Source: Takakia lepidozioides (lineage: Eukaryota > Plantae > Bryophyta). Taken from it: DNA of 64,000 bases. The notes beneath the pieces were generated by a model, which was not told the DNA's origin, ran no database searches, and saw nothing but the letters and a program-made list of their open reading frames with translations. Location: NCBI GenBank assembly GCA_030704615.1, contig CM060733.1, forward strand, positions 14,632,001 through 14,696,000, written 5' to 3'. The position numbers were made by a program, and so were the translations under genes. Of the stretch, positions 1 through 10,570 are shown piece by piece. Position 1 is the stretch's first letter. Each line of letters begins with the position of its first letter.

Positions 1-427
1 TGGGCCACAATCTATATATGATAATAGGGGATATCACGGAAAGTGAACTCTGTAAATGTCATCAAAGTTAGGCCCGTCCCAAAAGGGACGCTCATGATAC
101 CACTATGCAGAATGGTTTCCATGCCAATCGTGCGGCCTGTTCTCACCCACGATATCACTAAACTGCAGGGTGACTTTGTCCATGGATATCGTATGGGGTC
201 ACAAGTGTTTTATGTTTCAGTCACGGACTCGGATGGAGAACAGGCTGTTGTGACCGATGCTGTCATTCAATCATGGGATAAGCATTGGCAAGAGATAAAT
301 GTACTGAAATGCACAAAAAAGGTGAAATATCTGCGGTTATGGGGTCCCCTTCCGAGGCTCACGTGAGCCTGGCCAAGCTCACAGGCTCACGTGAGCTCAT
401 GAGCATGCTCACGAAGTAGCATTCCCG
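1..427 (+). mobile_element. Right end of an internally deleted relative of the ParB-MTase MULE family
   Basis: 357-427 has clustered GCTCAC/GTGAGC motifs. It ends GCTCACGAAGTAGCATTCCCG, matching the right terminus of the large element (GCTCACGGAATAGCACCCCAC, 63029-63049). It is directly preceded by a ParB-like exon fragment. Confidence 0.75.
43..300 (+). pseudogene. Truncated ParB/Srx-like exon, paralogous to 45175-45770
   Basis: IPLCRMVSMPIVRPVLTHDITKLQGDFVHGYRMGSQVFYVS...SWDKHW aligns by eye with IPLCRLVSMPVVRPPLVKDILKLEAEFVHGYLDGSTVFYVS...SWDPIW. Similarity stops before the DGNHR motif. Confidence 0.85.
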
Positions 428-489
428 GCCCATTATGAAATAAAATCAGCTGGTTTGTTATCATTGAATGAAAAAAAAAAAATTGATTT

Positions 490-656
490 GATATTTCCAT
501 AGAGACAACTTTGCTTTTCAAAGATGATGCAATTATGAAGCAATATTTTGAGCTCTTGGTTGCTTAGCCTGTGATATTTCCATGGAGACAACTTTGCTTT
601 ACAAAGAGGGTGCAAATTATGAAGCAATATTTTGAGGTCTTGGTTGCTTAGCCTGT
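490..656. repeat. ~84-bp tandem duplication (2 copies)
   Basis: GATATTTCCAT(A/G)GAGACAACTTTGCTTT...CTTGGTTGCTTAGCCTGT occurs at 490-572 and 573-656. Confidence 0.85.
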
Positions 657-1335
657 GTGTATTGGGTTGTCTCTATTTTATTGTTGATATGTTGTAGGTA
701 GTAGAGTTATCCGTTAAGTCGAGGGGATGGAGGGTGAATTGGGCTAGTTTGTCCAAAAGACAGCTGAAATGCAATAAATGTCAAAAGAGCATGCAAGCAA
801 AATCCAAGCAAAAAAAAAGTGACCAAATTGAAAATGCCTCTGGCGGGCACTTTGCGCATATCCGTTAAAGTCGACCAAACACAGTACCAAAAGAGGAACT
901 AGGGACGGGCGAGCCTGCAGTAGTGGGCCCATGTGAAGGTGCGGACGTATTAGCCTCATATCAGCATGGGCCCCACCCCAACCTCTCTGCCCGCTTCGTA
1001 CCACATCGCGCCACATACCCGGAGATGAATGCCAAAAATCAAATACATGATGAAACGCGTTTTACGCTCATTTCTGTGGACAAAGATAAAGAACAAGCAC
1101 CGAGAAAGCTGATGATACAAAGGGAGACTCGCAGCAGCGCGATTAAACCACTCCGCATACCAAACGACCATGATGAAACCTGTAAGACTTTATTTACAAC
1201 ATGTACAATGGGTGAACGTGCATATGATGTGAAGTTCCCAAAAAGCGGGGGGAGGAACAAAAAACAAGAGAAGAAAACAAAAAGCTATAGTAAGCTACTC
1301 AATCAGCGACGAAAACAGAAGCTATAGTAAACTAC

Positions 1336-2259
1336 TCAAGCAGAGCGACCCTCGCAGCCAACAGCCTGGAGGAGATCAGGCAAGGAGATAGGCAAAATGT
1401 CAGGCAGAGGCGGAAGTCGAGATGACGCGGAGCTAGCCACATCAACCCGATGCAAAATAGAGATGGCTTCTGCTCTCTGCAAAGCAACTGAAACACGTCG
1501 TCGATAGTAGGCGACAAGGACGGAGGCATGTGGGATGCCAGTGGACCCGCTCTTGGCTGCATGATGTGCACAGGTCCGCAGGAAATCGTCGAAGTGCCGG
1601 TGCAATAAGCCAAATATTTCGACCGCCAGTGGAAGAAATGTGTCGGTGGGGTGACGATCGTTGTAGTCGCGCTCCTTGGCCTGGGCTGCTACAGTGGCTG
1701 CCATGCCTGGTGTGGTAGCTGCGCGAGATAGCAGATCCGCTCGAGTGGGGTCGTTGAGAACGACATCTGCTAAGGTACGCAAACCATCTCTAGATAGGAT
1801 GATGTCAACACGGCGGTGTGTAGAGTGGGACGTGAGCGTGGGTCGTAGATGTGGTTGCTCACGCAGTACATGATATCCTGCCTCCCGAGCAATAGATGCC
1901 ACCGCATCGCGAACCATATCATGAGACGCAGTGCGCTCACCACTACATGGACAGCGGAGGAGATGGATGACAAAGTCATCGATGGGCTGAAGACAGGCGC
2001 AGCGCTGAAGGCCCAATGTCGAAGGATGAGGCAAACCGAGTCGAAGGCGGAGCGCAGTAGTGAGAATAGGGGATGAGAGGCGAAAATGTGCAATAGTGGG
2101 TCGTGCTGTCAACCATGCCCCTGCTCCGGGTCCTGCGCATGATAGAAGTCGGGCTCGATGCAACTCAGAAGAAGCACTTGAGAGCATGCCGGAAAAGGAA
2201 TGACGGTGCACGCGCTCGGAAATGGACTCCTGAAGATGGTCGAGGCCTTGAGTAACCAA
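1336..2259 (-). pseudogene. CRE-type ORF, C-terminal Zn knuckle plus restriction-like endonuclease
   Basis: AGAWLTARP, LRLRLG, C-x-C..H..C, HDMVRD and PD-(D/E)xK-like RVDI..DV..AKERDY motifs. Confidence 0.85.
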
Positions 2260-2267
2260 CTGCTCAC

Positions 2268-4220
2268 TAGGCGAGAATGATGACTGTAGTATAGGGGAGT
2301 GGTGGATGCATAGAATAATCGAACAAACGGAATGAGCTGGTGGAAATCTCCTCCGGCTGAACGGAGCTCCTGAAAGATAGCCGCTCGTGACACAGTGTTG
2401 AAAGCGTTGGTAACGTCGACCTGGAGAACCACCAGATCCGGATGAAGATCAAGAGCTGCACGAATCCCCTGAACCACCGCCTCGCAACCGCCTGGAGTGG
2501 CGACCCCGAACTGGTGCGGAAAGAGGTGTCCGGAGAAGGCATCTCGAACCTGAAGACAAAGTGAGCGGCTGACAAGGCGGTAAAGAACCTCTCCAACTGC
2601 GATAGGGCGGATGCCAGTACCTGAGGGTTTGCTCATAGCCAACAATCTGGAGGCCCCAAGGAGACGGGCCACTGGGGCAGGGATACGGCCAGCAGCAATA
2701 AAGGAGCAAATCTGAAATAGCTTAGAGAAGCCACTACCAGAGTCCTGTGGAGAGAAACAGTCGCGTAAGTGCTCATACAGGAGACCGGAAGGACCTGCCG
2801 CTGCAAGATGGGGACTGCGCGTGAAGGCCTGAGTGAAGACCTCCCGATCTAGCTTGAGATCCTGGTCTGGCTCGAAGTCCTCAACAAAAAGCGGCAGAAA
2901 ATCCTGAGCTGATGGGTGAAGGGCTTCGAGGGCAGTGACAGTATCTGGTGATGGAGGCGCTGGTGAGGAAGGTGCTAAAGCCTTGGCCGCGCATGAGTAC
3001 TCGCCAACGCGGCCTAACATGAGACTATGACAAAGTCGCCTGTGGGCCGATGAGGGTGGCTGCGTGGAGGAAGCGGGAGGGGCGCGTGCCGCAAGGGCTA
3101 GTGCCCGTAATTGATGCTCATCTTGCAGACTCTCCCAATCTCCAGATAAAAAACGGCGAAGACGGATGCGCGTCTCTCTGTGCCCTGACTGACCGCCACG
3201 AGGAGGCAAAACCAAACACCACTGAGGAAATAACAAGAAAAGATACCATGATGGTATATCATCAGGATCACGAGCCAGCCTGTCTAAGGGTAGACGGAGT
3301 GCAAGTTGGACCTCATGACGTAGTGCCACCGGAATTCTTGTATAAAGACGAGGTATTGGCAGTCCTAGCTGAAATGCGCCCAGAACATCTAGCGCTGAAA
3401 GCCAATGCCAAGCAGAGGCAGGAGGTGGCGCGTGCAAGACACTGGGCTGAAATGGAGAAGTACCATTTGTGTGGGACTGAGGAAGAGCCGCACACGTGCG
3501 CTGGTGTCGCACAAGCCCTTTGATGCGCGCAAAAAGACGACCACAAGCTGGGCATGGGGTACGGTCTGATGGGAGAGGCGCCTGCTGTTGGGGTAAGAGT
3601 GATGGGGTCGGCAATGCAGGCTGCACAACTGGAGAAGAAGACACGTGGAGAGGCTCATGACCAAGAGGAGTTGGGCTGCCTTAAAGCCGCTGCCGAGAAT
3701 GGGATGGAGAACCTGGAGGAGAAGTGACTGGCGTGGGACCTCGAACCCTACCTGAGAGGCGCAGTGGGGGAAGGCTCAACAGACACTGTGGGAGTTCGTC
3801 GGTCGGTGGGGCGCCAATGGAAGAACCTGGAATCAGCGGTGGAGAAGACCGTTGTGAAGATGACGACTCTTCTTGAACTTGGTGTCTGGAGCTTGGACTC
3901 TGGTGCGCATCAGGAACATGTGAGCTAGGGGTAGGGGTACGTTGGCGTTGGGGTCTTCCAAGAGGAGCAGGTCTTCCAGTAGGAGGAGTTGCAGCTGTGT
4001 TCAGCACCTCTCGTTGCTCTGGGGAGCGAACTGCCAAGGATGGTGGAGTAAACAATAAAGGGGTTGTGGTGAGGACTTGGCTGCCTGTACGGCGTCGGGC
4101 TGAACGAGCTAGGGGACGAGCCGATCGAGGCCGCCTGACCGGCGTAAGGGGCCATTGTTGCACAGCGGCCGCTTGCTCGCTTAGCGCTGATACCGCTGTC
4201 GCTACTGCCAACACCTCCAC
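2268..4220 (-). pseudogene. CRE-type ORF, N-terminal part (Pro/Ser-rich region, C2H2 finger, truncated RT)
   Basis: ORFs 3681..4220 and 2109..3644 are in the same frame, separated by one stop. RT similarity ends at ~2270, before the QG and YxDD motifs. Confidence 0.8.
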
Positions 4221-4990
4221 TAAGTTGGCGGCGCTGCAGGCCTCGCCGAGGTCTGGCGGCGACGCCGCTCATCGTACTTCTCGTGTCCACGCTCGTCAGA
4301 CTCATCGTCAGACGGGTGGAATAAATGTATCCCGAACTCTCTTCCAAACTTCTGTATACAAACCAGACATTGCACTAAAACAGGTCGTAACAGACAGGCG
4401 ATGATTCTGACAGGGACCTGAGGCTGCGGCATTACAACACAGCATGGCAGGGGAAAAAAAACGCATCGGCACGGGACCGCAAGTTGATCATGTGCGAGAA
4501 AAACTCGGACCTAAACCAACCCGGAGCACAATGTAACATTGACATTGGATCCGCATTAACTTAATCTGTAGAGACTCGAGACTGAGCTCAGCACACGAGA
4601 AGGACAAAAACACACAGACAGAGAGGGAGGGACACAGAGAGGAAGAAGGGAGAGCAGCCCGGGCAGACCCGTTGCGTGTGCGTCGCTTTGGTGGGGCTAG
4701 GTTTGCTAACACTCCGTTTGGAATCTTTGGTCATACCTGCTGCCTTCTCGAAGCTCTCTCGAAGATTTACTCGGCAGAGTTTTGAGTGGTGGTGAACGGG
4801 AGAGGTGTGCGATGGTGGTGCTGCTGAGAATTTGGAGGGTTTTCTGAATGAGGTCTACGCATCCATGGGCTTTGTGAAGCTGGTTAGAACTGGTTACGTA
4901 ATACTGCATACTGAGAGGTGTGGAGGAGTTTTGATGTTAAGATGTAGTTAAGATGTGGCAATACGTCTCTCTTGATCAAGAGTTCTTCAT

Positions 4991-7294
4991 TTGAAGTATG
5001 TGGGAGCTTCGAGATATATTGTATTGGTTTGGATGTACAGGTTAGTGCCTAAGATTACACAGGCATGCAGGATTGCAGGGTTTTGTCAGGCATATCTGTC
5101 TGTTGGACATCAGACTGGAGGCAGGAGCGCCTTGACCATTCCTTTGGAGGTAGGACCAAGAGAGGTTGTCAAGAACTCTTCTGGCAACTGTGGGGTTGTG
5201 AGGACACACTGTAAGGCAGGGCAATTGAAACAGGCACTGCACATTTTGAATCAACGCAGCATTCGCGCAGACTCCAATACTTATCGGTGTCTCTTGCAGG
5301 AGTGTATCCACATGAATGACCTAGTGGGGGGGAAACAGGTGCACACCCACATTATCCAAAGTGGATTGAAACCAAACATCTTTCTACTCAATACCCTGAT
5401 TGATATGTACGCCAAGTGCGGGAGTGTGATGGATGCGCGACAGATGTTTTCCGGAATGTCTGAACGGAGTTTGGTTACTTGGACTATAATGATAGCAGGA
5501 TATGCCAAGAATGGTCATGCTGAGGAGGCTGTCAAGATCTATGAGCAAATGCAACGGGAAGGAGTGATGTCAGATAGGGTCACATTTATTTGCGTTCTCA
5601 GTGCATGTGCCAGCCTAGGAGTCCTGCAAAGGGGCAAAGAGGTTCATGCTGACATCATCAGAACTGGAATTGTCTCAGACATAAATTTGGAGACTGCCCT
5701 TTTTGCCATGTATGCGAAATGTGGAAGCATGAAGGATGCACGTCAGGTGTTCGACAATATGGTTCAACGAGATGTAGTCTCATGGAATGCTATGATAGGA
5801 GGATATGCTCAGCATGGGTGTAGTAGGGAGGCTTTGACAATCTATGGGCAAATGCAGCAGGAAGGGGTCACTCCTGATAGGGTCACGTTTGTTTGTGTTC
5901 TGAATGCCTGTGCTAGCCTAGGAGCACTCCGAAAGGGCAGGGTTGTCCATGCTGACGCTTTGAAAGCTGGGAAAGGGTCATATATTAATGTAGAGAATGC
6001 ACTTATTGATATGTATGCAAAATGCGGGAGCATGAAGGATGCACGGGAAGTGTTCGACAGTATGTCCCTGCGAGATATTGTCTCATGGAACTCCATGATT
6101 GCTGGATATACTCAGCATGGCTGTGGTAGGGATGCTGTCAAAGTCTATGAGCAAATGCTGCAGGAAGGGTTTCGGCCCAACAGGGTCACGTTCATTTGCA
6201 TTCTCAATGCTTGTGGCATCCTGGAAGCCCTGGAAAAGGGCAAAGAGGTTCATGATGACATCATCAAAGGTGGAATTGCACCATATATCAACTTGGAGAA
6301 CACCCTTGTTGACATGTATGCCAAATGTGGAAGCATGAAAGATGCACGTCAATTGTTTGACAATATGTCTCGACGAAATGTGGTCTCATGGACTGCCATG
6401 ATCTCAGGATATTCTCGGCATGGGTGTGGTTGGGAGGCTTTTGAGATCTATGATCAAATGCAACAGAAAGGGGTGACACCAGATAGTGTCACATTCATTT
6501 GCATTCTCAATTTGTGTGCTAGGGAAGGAGCCCTGGAAAAAGGCAAAGAGGTACATGCTGACATCATCAAAGTGGGAATGACGTCATATATTAATTTGGA
6601 GAATACACTTGTGGACATGTATGCCAAATGTGGGAGCATGGAGGATGCGCATGACGTGTTCAACAATATGCCCCAACGAGACAACGTCTCGTGGAACACA
6701 ATGCTTGCAGGATGTGCCCAGCATGGGTGTGGCAGGGAGGTGCTGCAGCTATTTGAACGAATGAAGCAGGAAGGCTTGAGACCCAACAGTATCACTTACA
6801 CATCTCTTCTCTCTGCATGTAGCCATGTGGGCCTAGTGGATGAAGGATGTCACTACTTTGTCTCCATGAGTGATGATCATGGCCTCTCTCCTACATTGGA
6901 GCATTTTGGCTGTATGGTGGACCTTCTTGGCCGTGCAGGGCGATTGGTTGAGGCAGAGGCTTTCATCAACAAAGCGCCTATGGAACAAGATGCCGGGCTG
7001 TGGGTGGCCTTGCTTGGTGCCTGCAGAATCCATGGGGATGTTGATTTAGCAGAACGTGTGGCAAATTGCTTGCTCAAGTGTGATCTACAGCATGCTGCAA
7101 CCTATGTTCTCCTATCGAACATGTATGCTGCAGCTGACAGGTGGGATGATAGAGCAAAGTTGAGAAAAATGATGGAAGACATAGGTCTTATAAAGGAGCC
7201 AGGTCACAGCTGTGTCGAGGTGGACAACCAGGTGCATACCTTCATTGCAGAGGAAAAATCACATCCAAAAATGAGGAAGTTCATGCTCAGCTGA
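4991..7294 (+). CDS. PLS-class pentatricopeptide repeat protein with E domains (organellar RNA-editing specificity factor type); true start codon uncertain
   Basis: Five P-L-S units marked by MYAKCGS..DA, then P2-L2-S2 (LLSACSHVGLVDEG), E1/E2 (WVALLGACRIHGD, YVLLSNMYA) and a PG-box (KEPGHSCVEVDNQVHTF). No DYW domain is visible downstream. Confidence 0.95.
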   Translation: MKYVGASRYIVLVWMYRLVPKITQACRIAGFCQAYLSVGHQTGGRSALTIPLEVGPREVVKNSSGNCGVVRTHCKAGQLKQALHILNQRSIRADSNTYRCLLQECIHMNDLVGGKQVHTHIIQSGLKPNIFLLNTLIDMYAKCGSVMDARQMFSGMSERSLVTWTIMIAGYAKNGHAEEAVKIYEQMQREGVMSDRVTFICVLSACASLGVLQRGKEVHADIIRTGIVSDINLETALFAMYAKCGSMKDARQVFDNMVQRDVVSWNAMIGGYAQHGCSREALTIYGQMQQEGVTPDRVTFVCVLNACASLGALRKGRVVHADALKAGKGSYINVENALIDMYAKCGSMKDAREVFDSMSLRDIVSWNSMIAGYTQHGCGRDAVKVYEQMLQEGFRPNRVTFICILNACGILEALEKGKEVHDDIIKGGIAPYINLENTLVDMYAKCGSMKDARQLFDNMSRRNVVSWTAMISGYSRHGCGWEAFEIYDQMQQKGVTPDSVTFICILNLCAREGALEKGKEVHADIIKVGMTSYINLENTLVDMYAKCGSMEDAHDVFNNMPQRDNVSWNTMLAGCAQHGCGREVLQLFERMKQEGLRPNSITYTSLLSACSHVGLVDEGCHYFVSMSDDHGLSPTLEHFGCMVDLLGRAGRLVEAEAFINKAPMEQDAGLWVALLGACRIHGDVDLAERVANCLLKCDLQHAATYVLLSNMYAAADRWDDRAKLRKMMEDIGLIKEPGHSCVEVDNQVHTFIAEEKSHPKMRKFMLS

Positions 7295-7567
7295 GGAGTT
7301 TCTGGGCTGATGAAAGAGGGGGGGTACATACAGAACGCTGCTGATACATTAGGCATGAAACTTGATAATATAATTTTATTTTCTTTTCTTTTTTTATAGA
7401 AAGGGAAACACCTGGGAGCGACTGCTCACAAATCAGGCCCCTTGATAGTGAGAGGAGAAAATAACCTCTTTCATAGTAACCCCCGCAGTGAAGGCTTTAG
7501 ATCTAGATGAGGAACGCAAATAAACTTAGTAATTGAGAGGGAATAATGAATTATTGAGCAATGCGCC

Positions 7568-7615
7568 AAGGTCAAAGAGGTCCATGCTGAGATCATGAAA
7601 GCTGGAGTGATCTCT
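7568..7615 (+). pseudogene. Stray PPR L-motif fragment
   Basis: Translates KVKEVHAEIMKAGVIS, matching the GKEVHADIIKVGMTS repeats of the upstream gene. Confidence 0.6.
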
Positions 7616-8324
7616 CCTCAGGAGAGCTCTCATGGACATTTAGGGGTTCATCTTGCGTCAGGGGTTTCCCTCTTTACAAAACTCACAAACATGAAGGAGC
7701 TAACTTGGTGGTGCTCTTTACAAAACGCTCAAGGTCGTTCAAGTTTTAAAAAGTAATTATTGAACAAAAAGGAATGAATGTGGCTGCTGCCCGCCTGTTC
7801 AGGACTGTTTTTTGTTTTCTCTTTTCGCGAATAAAACTCTCCATGAATTCAAATATATGTGATATATTTGAGTGATCCTCATCTTCAATCGCTGGCAAAA
7901 CTTGGCTATCAATATGCTATCATACTATTAAAATTATTATTTAACTAGTAAACATTTGTTTTGTTTTTTTAATAAATAAAAAGCGCTGATACCCTGCAGA
8001 AAACTTTATTAGAACGTCAAAATGAGCACAGAGATGAGGAAAAAATAACCTCCTTAGGAACCGTAAAGGCGTGTCACATGGGGAATCACCCAGCACCGAT
8101 AGAAGGTAGGGGGGATTTGTAGAATACTATTGACCAAAAATCTTGGTTGGGGGGGAGGAGAGATTGCATCGAGACCTAACCATGAGTAAGGCCACCTGAA
8201 ACAGAAATCTTACGGAAATCAGCCCAAGTATATGGCTGTTTGAGCAGCTGTAGGGGGGGAGGAGTGGAGTGGGTATTGGTGGGATTCAATCACTAAACTA
8301 GCGAAGATAACTAGCCACCAAAGT

Positions 8325-10570
8325 TCAGCTGGAGCTTTGACTTTGCTGCACGCAGACTGAGATGTTTCCAGTTGACATCGGGCCCTTCCGACCCAGCAGG
8401 GGATTTGCCATTCCATGGGGATGCATGGCATCGTGCCAAGTGATTTGCAAGTCCGAGATCCTGGTGCAGAGGATGCCGCCTTTTGCCAAGGAGAGGTCGA
8501 AGTCCGAGAATAATTGATTACGCCTCATGTCGCTGCACCCGGCTGCAGCTGTTTGCAAAGACACCCAAGCCTTGCGCCCCTCAGTCATCAGATCAGCAAA
8601 CAGTTTGTAAAGCACTAATCTGATGCTGGGGCTTTTCCCTTGAAATATCAGACTACATCTTGCCTTCCACAAAGACCAAAGAGTGTGGCCCCTTAGGCAT
8701 CCCCATACTGGGCAGTTATTCCAGATTGAGCCATTGCGAAGATTAAGCATAATAACGTGTGCCGCTCGTGGGGGCACAACCTGCCACTGCGCATAGAAAG
8801 CAAACACCAGATGCCAAGTTCTAGTAGCTAGATTGCAGCCTGTGAAGGCATGCTCAATAGTCTCACTTTGGTTGCAATTACAAACCACATAGGCAGGGTC
8901 AGCATCTGGAAGGCTGGCAGCCATTGGAAGAATTATGTTGGCCAGCTTCCATGAAAAAACACTGATTTTGGAGGAGCGGTATTTGGCCCAGATGTCCTTC
9001 CAAATGGAGTTCCATGCAAGGGGCTGCAAGTCAAGGTTCCATTTGCGGTTCCATTTTTCAGCAAAGTTTGCCTTCCCGAGAAGCAACATGTACCCCATTT
9101 TCACCGTGTAGCCCATCAGTGGCGTGTTTTTGTCATCTTTCCATGACCATTCTCCCGGGTCCATCTGTAGTCTAGAGAGCGGGAAGCATAAAAACCAAAC
9201 AAAATTCGAATTTTCTAGCCCAGCACATCTCTCCTCCCTAAGGAGGTGTTGGCACTAAGGACTCTAATTCTGTAGGCTTGGTCATGGTGCAGCTCCCCTG
9301 TTCCGCTTAGCATTAATCTTTCAGTGCCGGTTGCTTGGAAGAGCAGTCCGTTCCAATGAGTGCTTGTAGACGCAAGCGCCAGGAGGGCCACTAGCTTGCC
9401 TCCTACCGAGCATCCAAACCAGACAGACAAGTCATTACCAGTGCAGGGTCCCCCTAGCAGAAGTGGTTGCACTAATTCAACTCCTGATCTAATGATATCC
9501 CATCCGTTCCTGATGGAGTTTGTGGATAAGAGGGAGGATAACAAGGGGAGGTCCAAGAACTGAGTGTTTTCCCAAATATTGGCAATGTGCACAAACCCTA
9601 TTGTCTCCCAAGTCGCCCATTTTTTATGGAGGGTAGTCAGGGCCTCACTTTGCAAGTTGGGGTTCCCGAACAAGGGTTGGCGAATCACCTCTTCAAAGCA
9701 GGTAGGTGCCCTTTGAGTCAGATGGGGCCTCATCTTTTCCAAGCCTCTCATATGGACTTCCAGGCCTCTGATCCAGGTGATGTCGACTTTCCTGATCCAT
9801 GTACCATCCATTTCAGAGATGGAGCCCATGCCGAGGAGCTAATCGGGGTGGACTGCATCATATGAGCTCTTACCAGTAAGCACCAGGGGCTGTCCCCTCT
9901 AGAAAGCGCCCTTGGTATCCATTTAGAGAATAAGGCAGAGATTTGCAATTCTTGGTCAATTAGACCTAGTCCACCTTCCTTTCTGGGTCTGCAGAGCTGA
10001 CTCCATGATACCAGTGCTCTCTTGGTAGGATTCTGCTGGGAGGCACCCCATAGAAAATTTCTCATGAGAGCTTTAACTTTATGTATCAGTTTGGAGCCAG
10101 GGGACCAAACTGATGTCGGGTACCACACAGATGTCACCAAGACTTGGTTAAGGATTAGAGCTCTTTCTGTCATCGACAGCATCGCCGAGCTCCAGAAAGC
10201 CAGTTTGTTTCGCAGCCTCCGTAGAATAGGCTCGAACCTTTGGTCGTCCGAGAGGTCAATCCCTATCTGGAAGCCAAGCAAGGTGTGCGCCGAGCCGTGC
10301 GCGAGCCATCTTAGACCCTGCTCTTGCCCCCAAGGAGGACCATGGTGACGTAGAGGGGAGTCAGGCAGCTCCGTGAGAACCCCAACTGATTTATTCCAGT
10401 TAATCAGCTTGAGACTAGAGGCCATGCAGAATAATTGTAAAGCTTGGCGAGCTCTCTCTATGTTTTTATTGTTGAGAAACAATGTGGTATCATCAATATA
10501 CATAGACAACTTGATTTAAGGCCCATGAGTCACCTTTAGCCCTACAATATCTTGTCTATTGGCTATGTAA
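8325..10570 (-). pseudogene. LINE ORF2 3' half (RT C-terminus, zf-RVT)
   Basis: Frameshifted ORFs 9748..10509, 9215..9829 and 8325..9164 carry L1 motifs. Confidence 0.85.

Larger units (their letters stand above)
1200..4400 (-). mobile_element. Non-LTR retrotransposon with restriction-like endonuclease (CRE/SLACS-type), internally deleted; boundaries approximate
   Basis: Domain order on the minus strand: C2H2 finger (CPACGRLFARIKGLVRHQRTC), N-terminal half of RT (IRPIAVGEVLYRLV, HQFGVATPGGCE, LQVDVTNAFNTVSR), then Zn knuckle plus RLE (HLLRCPCSGERTASHDMVRD, RVDI, AKERDY, FLPLAVEIFG). Confidence 0.85.

Noticed and set aside
4261-4320. Hammerhead ribozyme at the 5' end of the CRE-type element (CTGACGA on the minus strand, twice)
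   Set aside because: There is no correctly placed GAAA core or closing stems.
5042-7077. Antisense and alternate-frame ORFs over the PPR gene and over the gag-pol regions
   Set aside because: They are shadow ORFs of repetitive coding sequence with no recognisable motifs.
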